The translations under genes were made by a program, and so were the position numbers. A stretch of DNA of 64,000 bases from an uncultured Gemmatimonadales bacterium (GTDB taxonomy: Bacteria; Gemmatimonadota; Gemmatimonadetes; Gemmatimonadales; Gemmatimonadaceae). This document shows, in pieces, positions 58,136 to 64,000 of the stretch (position 1 is its first letter; each line of letters begins with the position of its first letter). The stretch covers positions 2,914,022 through 2,978,021 of the forward strand of contig CAVTUH010000001.1 of NCBI GenBank assembly GCA_963737835.1, given 5' to 3'. The notes under the pieces were generated by a model. It ran no database searches, was not told the origin of the DNA, and saw only the letters and a list, made by a program, of their open reading frames with translations.

Positions 58136-60615
58136 GGCTCAACAGCCTGCACCTCGTCAACTTCCGCCAACACGCGGATAGCCGGATCAGCTTCGATTCG
58201 GGGCTGACCGGGATCATCGGCCCCAACGGGTCTGGGAAGACGACGATTCTCGAGGCGGTCGCGTGGGCGCTCTACGGCAACAGTGCAGCCCGGGGCACAC
58301 GAGAGTCGTTGCGCTACAATCGGGCGGCGTCGCGGGCCACGGTGCGTGTCGAGCTCGACTTCGATCTGGCAGGGCACCGCTATCGAGTCGTGCGCGGGCT
58401 GACGAACGCGGAGCTGTATCTGGATGGCGCCGGGCAGCCGATCGCGAATTCCATCACCGGCGTGACGGATTTGCTGCAGCGGCGCCTGGGCATGACGCGC
58501 GCCGAGTTCTTCAACACGTACTTTACGGCGCAGAAAGAGCTGAACGTCATGGCCGCGATGGGCCCGTCGGACCGGGCCAAGTTTCTGTCGCGGGTGCTCG
58601 GGTACGAGAAGCTCCGTACGGCGCAGGACCTGGTCCGGGACCAGCGCAAGCTGATCACCGCGGAGACGGCCGGACTGCGTGCGGGCATGCCGGATCGCGA
58701 GACGATCGAGCGAATCGAGGCGGAGGCCGCGGCTCGGTGGACGGCGGCCAACCGGCGGCTCGCCGAAGCGGACGAGCGGGAGCGCGCAGCGGAACTCTCC
58801 TTGTCGGCGGTCACGCCCGAGTGGGAGCACTTGCAGCGCGAGCGCGACCGGCTGCAGGAGCTGTTGACCGATCTCAAGATTGCGGAGCGGGACGAAGAAG
58901 TCCTGGTGCGTGATGGGGAGCGGATCACGGGCGAGCTGGCGGACGTCGCGACCGCGCGGGCGGAGCTCGAGCCGTTGCGCCGCGAGCTGGCCGGGTACGC
59001 GGGACTGGTGGCGGAGTTGCAGCGGGCGGACGAGTCCTACCGAGAGGAAGGACGGCGTCAGACGCTGATCGAGACCGAGCGAGCAGTCGATGAAGAGCTG
59101 GCGCGTTTGCGCGAGCGGCGCGTCACGCTGGAGCCCGCGCCGGCGCTCGAGGAGGAAGTGACGCTTGCCCTCGAGGCGCGGCGCGGCGAGCTCGAGGAGA
59201 CACAGGGGCAGCTAGAGGCGCGGCGGACCGAGTGGGTGCGCGACCGCCAGGAGGCGGAAACGAAGCTCCAGGCGCTGCGTGTCCAGTACGTCGACATGCG
59301 CCAGCAACGCGAGCGGCTCGTGTCCGCGGGTGAGGAAGGCCAGTGCCCGACGTGTGCGCGACCACTGGGCGGCCATCTGCGCAGCGTGCTCGAGCTGCTC
59401 GAGGATCAAGCCGAGACCATGCAGGTGGACGGCGCGTACTTCCGGGCGCGTCTCGAGCAGCTCGAGCAGATGCCGACAGAGGTTCGCGCGCTCGACGAGC
59501 TGCGCAAAGCGATGACGCACGACGTCGGCGGGCTCGAGCGCAAGCTGGCGAAGACGCAGCTCGCCGTGCAGGAGTTGCAGCAGGTCGGGCGCGACGCGAC
59601 GAGCAAGGAACAGCGCAAGGCGGCGTTGGCGCGGGACATCGCGGCGATCCCCGCGGGGTACAACGCGGCCAGGCACACCTATCTCAAGAACGAGGTCGAG
59701 CGACTCGCGCCGCTGGACGCGCGCGCGGCCCGACTCGGTGCGCTGGTCGAGCGCGAGCCGCAGCTCGCGCGCGAGCGGGCGCGGGTCGAGGCGGCAGCCG
59801 CCGGCGTGTTCGACCGATTGAAGGAAATGCGCACGCGGCGGGACAGCATCCGGTTCTCGGAGACGGCCTACCAGGCGGTGCGGGCGCAGCACGAACGCGC
59901 GGCGGCGGAAGCGCGTGGTGCCGAAATCGCGGCGGCGACGGCGCGCTCCGAGGTGGCGGCGGCGCGCACCGCGGTCGAAAACGCCGAAGCCGGTCGGCGC
60001 TCGCTGGACAGGTTGCAGAGCAAACTCGATGCGCTGCAGCGAGACAAGCGCTTGCACGATGAGCTGGACCGCGCGTACTCCGACCTTCGCACGGATCTCA
60101 ACTTCGCGCTACGCCCGGAGATCTCGGAGCTGGCCAGCAGCTTCCTCAGCGACCTCACCGAGGGGCGATATGCGGAGCTGGAGCTCGACGACCAGTACAA
60201 CGTCATCGTGCTCGAGGACGGAGTGCCGAAACCTGTCATTTCTGGGGGCGAAGAGGATCTCGCACACCTCGTGCTCAGACTGGCGATCTCGCAAATGATC
60301 GCGGAGCGAGCGGGACAGTCCTTCTCGCTGCTCATCCTGGACGAGGTGTTCGGCTCTCTGGACGACGTGCGACGGCACAATGTGATAGAGCTCTTGCATC
60401 GACTGCGCGATCGATTTGAGCAAGTGATTCTGATCACGCACATCGACTACGTGCGCGAAGGGCTCGACCGTGTGGTCACGGTGCGCTACGATGAGGATCG
60501 CGGATGTTCGGTTGTCGAGCAGGAGGATCGGGAACAACTGCCGGTGGGCCTGCCTCCGGACGCGGCGCCGATGGGCGGTGGGTCGGAGGCGGCGATGACG
60601 AGCTCGGCAGCGTAG
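58132..60615 (+). CDS. sbcC: DNA repair ATPase SbcC/Rad50
   Basis: Walker A GPNGSGKTT. Long coiled-coils with a central CxxC zinc hook (CPTCARPL). Signature/D-loop …GGEEDLAHLVLRLAIS…LILDEVFGSLD. The start overlaps the sbcD stop. Confidence 0.92.
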   Translation: MRLNSLHLVNFRQHADSRISFDSGLTGIIGPNGSGKTTILEAVAWALYGNSAARGTRESLRYNRAASRATVRVELDFDLAGHRYRVVRGLTNAELYLDGAGQPIANSITGVTDLLQRRLGMTRAEFFNTYFTAQKELNVMAAMGPSDRAKFLSRVLGYEKLRTAQDLVRDQRKLITAETAGLRAGMPDRETIERIEAEAAARWTAANRRLAEADERERAAELSLSAVTPEWEHLQRERDRLQELLTDLKIAERDEEVLVRDGERITGELADVATARAELEPLRRELAGYAGLVAELQRADESYREEGRRQTLIETERAVDEELARLRERRVTLEPAPALEEEVTLALEARRGELEETQGQLEARRTEWVRDRQEAETKLQALRVQYVDMRQQRERLVSAGEEGQCPTCARPLGGHLRSVLELLEDQAETMQVDGAYFRARLEQLEQMPTEVRALDELRKAMTHDVGGLERKLAKTQLAVQELQQVGRDATSKEQRKAALARDIAAIPAGYNAARHTYLKNEVERLAPLDARAARLGALVEREPQLARERARVEAAAAGVFDRLKEMRTRRDSIRFSETAYQAVRAQHERAAAEARGAEIAAATARSEVAAARTAVENAEAGRRSLDRLQSKLDALQRDKRLHDELDRAYSDLRTDLNFALRPEISELASSFLSDLTEGRYAELELDDQYNVIVLEDGVPKPVISGGEEDLAHLVLRLAISQMIAERAGQSFSLLILDEVFGSLDDVRRHNVIELLHRLRDRFEQVILITHIDYVREGLDRVVTVRYDEDRGCSVVEQEDREQLPVGLPPDAAPMGGGSEAAMTSSAA

Positions 60616-60626
60616 GAGGTACCTGC

Positions 60627-60657
60627 GGGTTTGGGGTCTGGGGTTTGGGGTCTGGGA
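60627..60657. repeat. G-quadruplex-type heptamer arm (gggtttggggtctggggtttggggtctggg)
   Basis: Lies between the sbcC stop and the GNAT start. Four or more G-runs of 3-4 separated by 3 nt. Confidence 0.6.
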
Positions 60658-60699
60658 ACGACGACGGCAACTACGTCTGGTGGCGAAGGGAGAGCGGTG

Positions 60700-61674
60700 A
60701 TGGCGATTGCGCGAAGCTGGAAGACCGTGCGACATCTCGACGGGCCATATCAGGCCGGGCGCGATGACATCCCTGCTCTGAATCAGGTATTCAGCGACGC
60801 GTTTACCGAGCGGTATCGCCGCGATGGCATGATGGGCGTGCGCGTGCCGTATCTGAATCCGGCGATCTGGCGCTATGCGCTCGACGACGCCGGTGAGGGC
60901 GCGATGTGCTGGCGGGGCGAGCGCGATGAGATCGCCGCATTCAACATGACGCATCGATCGGGGGCCGAGGGCTGGATGGGTCCCCTCGCAGTCCGTCCCG
61001 ACGCACAGGGCAGCGGGGTCGGCAAGGAGGTCGTGCGGTCCGGTATCGAGTGGTTGCGACGAGGGGAGGCGCACGTGATCGGCCTCGAGACGATGCCGAG
61101 GACGATGGACAACATCGGGTTTTACTCGGCGCTCGGGCTCGTGCCCGGCCGGTTGACGCTGACACTCACCTTCGATGCCGCGGCGGGTGACCGTGCGGCG
61201 CCGCTGCTGGGGCGGTTGCCGCAGACCGATCGGGACGACGTGGTAGCGGCGAGTCGCGTCCTCGTGCATCGGCTCATGCCCGGCTACGACTTCACGCGCG
61301 AGATCGTGTTGACTGACGAGCTCGCGCTCGGCGATACCGTCTTACACTACTCCGGCGGCGACCTCACGGGCTTTGCGCTGTGCCACACGGCGCCCCTCGT
61401 CGAAGGACGCGCGCGTGAGGAGCTGCGTGTGCTCAAGCTCGCGCTCGCGCGCGAGGTCGATCTGGACCCGATGGTGCGTGCGCTGGCCGACTACGCCCGC
61501 CGTTGCGGTGCCCGCCGCGTCGCGCTTCGCGTACAGAGCGAGTACACGACGGCGTACGCGCGACTCATCGCGCTTGGGGCGCGCGTGCGATGGACCGATC
61601 TCCGCATGACCCTCGCGACGGCACCGGAGCGGCGTGCGGAACAGGGAATTGTGTGGTCGAACTGGGAGGTCTAG
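60700..61674 (+). CDS. GNAT-family N-acetyltransferase
   Basis: Acetyl-CoA binding motif …LAVRPDAQGSGVGKEVV…. Start chosen at ATG 60700. Confidence 0.7.
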   Translation: MAIARSWKTVRHLDGPYQAGRDDIPALNQVFSDAFTERYRRDGMMGVRVPYLNPAIWRYALDDAGEGAMCWRGERDEIAAFNMTHRSGAEGWMGPLAVRPDAQGSGVGKEVVRSGIEWLRRGEAHVIGLETMPRTMDNIGFYSALGLVPGRLTLTLTFDAAAGDRAAPLLGRLPQTDRDDVVAASRVLVHRLMPGYDFTREIVLTDELALGDTVLHYSGGDLTGFALCHTAPLVEGRAREELRVLKLALAREVDLDPMVRALADYARRCGARRVALRVQSEYTTAYARLIALGARVRWTDLRMTLATAPERRAEQGIVWSNWEV

Positions 61675-61986
61675 CGGCGTAGGTAACTTTAGCGACAGGC
61701 GCTTCCGATTCTGCGTATACTCCATCATTTCACGCGTCATAGCGAGTAACTCCGCAGTCGACGCATGGCTTGAAGGGCGTTGCTCCTCCGCGCGACCGTT
61801 CGCTTCGGCGCTGTACGTCGCGGTGGCTCTCTTGTCGCAATGCCGTGGCAGGGCTACAGCAACGCATTCAACGGTCAGCGCGTCGTGCGATCGGCGCGCC
61901 GACGAGGCCGACGCCGCCACGGCACCGGCACGTCGACTCATTCCGAATCTTGAGGGCGAACGAATACCAGGCTGCAGTCGCGATAT

Positions 61987-62760
61987 GTGCTTCACCCAGT
62001 ATCGAATCGTGGACGCGTGCGTCCTTGCCTTTCTGAAACCGGCCCTGGAGTGAGAACCACAGCTCAGCGGATAGCGTGGGCGTGTGGAGGCGCTCTCGTC
62101 GCGAGCATCATTGGCTGGGGCCTGTGGTTCGTCCTCGCGTGGTGGAGCTATGGCCAGGCGTCGCGCCGCGGCGTTTCCGATGCCCTGGTCGACCAGTTCA
62201 TGCCGCGCTACGAGGTCGTGGAGCAGCACGCAATCGATGTTGCTGCGCCAGCCGCGGTGACTTTCGAAGCCGCGCGGAGCACCGATCTCGAGCGCTCAGA
62301 CGTCGTGCACGCCGTCTTTGCGCTTCGACGTGCGTTCTTCGCCCAGATGGATTCGGCGACGCCGCACCTCACGCTCGAGAGCCTCCAGGCGATCGGTTGG
62401 GGACTTCTCGCCGCGGTGCCTGCGCGCGAGCTCGTGTTCGGCGCGATCACAAAGCCATGGCGGGGCGACGTGCATTTCCGGGCGCTCTCACCCTCAACGT
62501 TCGCCGAGTTCGACAGCGCCGGATATGCCAAAATTGTGTGGACGCTGGCGGTCGACTCGCTCGCGCCAGGCCGCTCGCGCTTTCGCACTGAGACGCGAGT
62601 CCTGACGACCGACGACGAGTCGCGAGTGCGCTTCCGGCGCTACTGGGCTCTCATGTCACCAGGCATCGTACTCATTCGCTGGCAGGTCCTCCGACTCGTC
62701 GACGCCGATGCCGAGCGGCGGGCTCGCATGCCCCGCGACGCGACCGCTGGGCGCTCATGA
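61987..62760 (+). CDS. Hypothetical membrane-anchored protein
   Basis: One N-terminal TM helix (ALVASIIGWGLWFVLAWW). 257 aa. The stop overlaps the next gene's start. Confidence 0.5.
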   Translation: MLHPVSNRGRVRPCLSETGPGVRTTAQRIAWACGGALVASIIGWGLWFVLAWWSYGQASRRGVSDALVDQFMPRYEVVEQHAIDVAAPAAVTFEAARSTDLERSDVVHAVFALRRAFFAQMDSATPHLTLESLQAIGWGLLAAVPARELVFGAITKPWRGDVHFRALSPSTFAEFDSAGYAKIVWTLAVDSLAPGRSRFRTETRVLTTDDESRVRFRRYWALMSPGIVLIRWQVLRLVDADAERRARMPRDATAGRS

Positions 62761-63626
62761 TGTACATCCCCCGCCAGTGGCGAACGGCATTCCCGATCAC
62801 GCTCGTGGCCTGCATCGGCCTGGGAGTCGCGCTCGTGCTGGCTCTCCAACGCGGCCAGCTCTCAGTCGCAGTTGTCTGCGGCGGCGCGATCACCGGGCTA
62901 CTGTCGGCGATTGCCTGGACGTTGAGGCATTTCGCTCCCCGGGGTTCAGCGGCGCTCGTCGGGCCCGCCGCAGTGCCGGCGATCCTCCTCTGGCTCATGA
63001 GCCCAAGCGCGGGGGTAGCCAGCGTCGGCGTGGCGGCCGGCCTCTTCGCGACCTGGTTCATTATCTACGACTTGGGTATCACTGCCAGAGCCAATCGGGA
63101 GGTCGTGTCTCGCATCGTGTCGGTCGGCTCTGCCGCCGGTCGCCCGCGGGTGCTGATCGTCTACCACTCCACCCATGGCCAGTTTCAGCCGATGCTGCAG
63201 CGGGCGCTGGCCGAGGGGCTCCAGTCGCAGGGATGGGCGATCGACATGACGACGGCGAGCCGGGCGACGCCGCGCGACTTATCCGCCTACGATCTCTTGG
63301 TGCTTGGCGCGCCCTCCTACAACTGGCAGCCGGCCAGACCGACGCTCAGCTACCTGGATCGGCTCGGCGATCTCAACGGGATGCCCGTCGCCGTAGTGGT
63401 CTCCGGCGGCGGCATGACGGATCGCGCGGCGAAGATCTTATCGGAGCGCGTCACGCGGGCGCGCGGGCGCCTCGTCGAAGCGCTCGAGGTGTGGAGCACA
63501 CGATCGAACGTCGAGCACTCGGGCCTCAGTGATCCCCAGGAGATCATGCGACGCGCAGGTGCGCGCCTGGCGCAATCTCTCGGAAAATGTCGCACGAGCC
63601 TACGGGGATCAGGGGTTAGGGACTAG
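62757..63626 (+). CDS. Membrane protein with C-terminal flavodoxin-like domain
   Basis: Four predicted TM helices followed by …RVLIVYHSTHGQ… and …LLVLGAPSYNW… flavodoxin-fold motifs. Confidence 0.6.
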   Translation: MMYIPRQWRTAFPITLVACIGLGVALVLALQRGQLSVAVVCGGAITGLLSAIAWTLRHFAPRGSAALVGPAAVPAILLWLMSPSAGVASVGVAAGLFATWFIIYDLGITARANREVVSRIVSVGSAAGRPRVLIVYHSTHGQFQPMLQRALAEGLQSQGWAIDMTTASRATPRDLSAYDLLVLGAPSYNWQPARPTLSYLDRLGDLNGMPVAVVVSGGGMTDRAAKILSERVTRARGRLVEALEVWSTRSNVEHSGLSDPQEIMRRAGARLAQSLGKCRTSLRGSGVRD

Positions 63627-63760
63627 GTGTTCGGGAGGGATTTGACGTCCAGCGCGAAGCGCGATGGACGTCTTCGGCTCGGTTGCTAACCTCGGATCCC
63701 ACGATTGCGGCGGGCTCATCCGTACCCGATATTGGCGGCTTTACGGCCCCTGGGGGGGAT

Positions 63761-64000
63761 GTGGCCTCGAACACGCGGCGTTTCAGGCGACTCCGACGCT
63801 TCGCTCAGAAGCCACGCTTGTTTTGCCTCCTGCTGGCTGCGGCTAGTGCGTGCAGCGGCGGCAATACCGGGCCAAAGGTGACGATCGACAGCCCCATTGG
63901 CGTGACGTTCGATCAGTCGCAGGTCGCTCAGGGCGACACGCTGTCGTGGGTCGTGACGCTCCCGGCCCCGGAAGCTGCGGTCGCTGGCGACGAGCTTGTG
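63761..64000 (+). CDS. Partial (5' end only) lipoprotein gene running off the window
   Basis: Frame with an R-rich n-region, hydrophobic core and lipobox (LLLAAASAC|SGG). Candidate GTG start at 63761. The ORF-track frame 63664-63846 is rejected. Confidence 0.4.
   Translation, partial: MASNTRRFRRLRRFAQKPRLFCLLLAAASACSGGNTGPKVTIDSPIGVTFDQSQVAQGDTLSWVVTLPAPEAAVAGDELV

Noticed and set aside
60109-61269. 386-aa minus-strand ORF overlapping the sbcC 3' end and the GNAT gene
   Set aside because: It overlaps two well-supported plus-strand genes and is low-complexity with no domain. Antisense artefact.
63664-63846. 60-aa ORF from the track at the window end
   Set aside because: A different frame across the same region encodes a classical lipoprotein signal peptide continuing to the window edge, so the track ORF is likely spurious.
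1-64000. Searched by eye for tRNA (GTTCGAATC-type T-arm), rRNA, IS inverted repeats and transposase or integrase genes
   Set aside because: None found. The window appears to be core chromosome without obvious mobile-element genes.

Overview
High-GC (~68%) bacterial chromosomal window, largely housekeeping. Most start codons lack a Shine-Dalgarno sequence and Y_Y_Y propeller sensor kinases are present, which is compatible with a Gemmatimonadota/Bacteroidota-like lineage; this is a low-confidence guess. Minus-strand content in order: metG and a RicT/YaaT-like gene; accA; dnaE; a frameshifted uvrD; a complete lipoate and pyruvate-dehydrogenase operon (lipA-pdhA-pdhB-E2-lpdA-lipB, with E2 and lpdA frameshifted); a glycosyltransferase/DUF3108 block; a NarL-type two-component system with a 1021-aa propeller sensor kinase; an SPFH module; an HD-GYP/TPR gene; a POT peptide transporter; a five-gene dpp/opp peptide ABC transporter; lplA-gcvH-coaE; an AraC-type regulator; and a catalytically degenerate DEAD-box helicase paralogue. 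Plus-strand content includes an M28 peptidase, aspC, and the most striking block in the window: an archaeal-style DNA end-resection cluster nurA-herA-(signal-peptide ORF)-sbcD(mre11)-sbcC(rad50) at 52.9-60.6 kb, followed by a GNAT gene and membrane/flavodoxin-like genes. The intergenic space carries three unusual repeat systems. (i) A 38-bp perfect palindrome, GGCGGGTAGGGGCGACGCA|TGCGTCGCCCCTACCCGCC, in at least 9 full or partial copies, including a 3-unit tandem array. (ii) Roughly 115-bp composite hairpin elements whose arms are short tandem repeats, either G-quadruplex-type (GGGGTCA)n or (GACGTTR)n, packed tightly between stop and start codons. (iii) Purine-rich GGA-repeat tracts (GAAAGGAGAGAGGAGA). 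Several essential genes (uvrD, lpdA, the E2 gene, a DHS-like gene) carry single-base frameshifts clustered at 9.6-15.5 kb and 20.7 kb; these are most likely sequencing indels. No tRNA, rRNA, CRISPR array or IS element was recognised.
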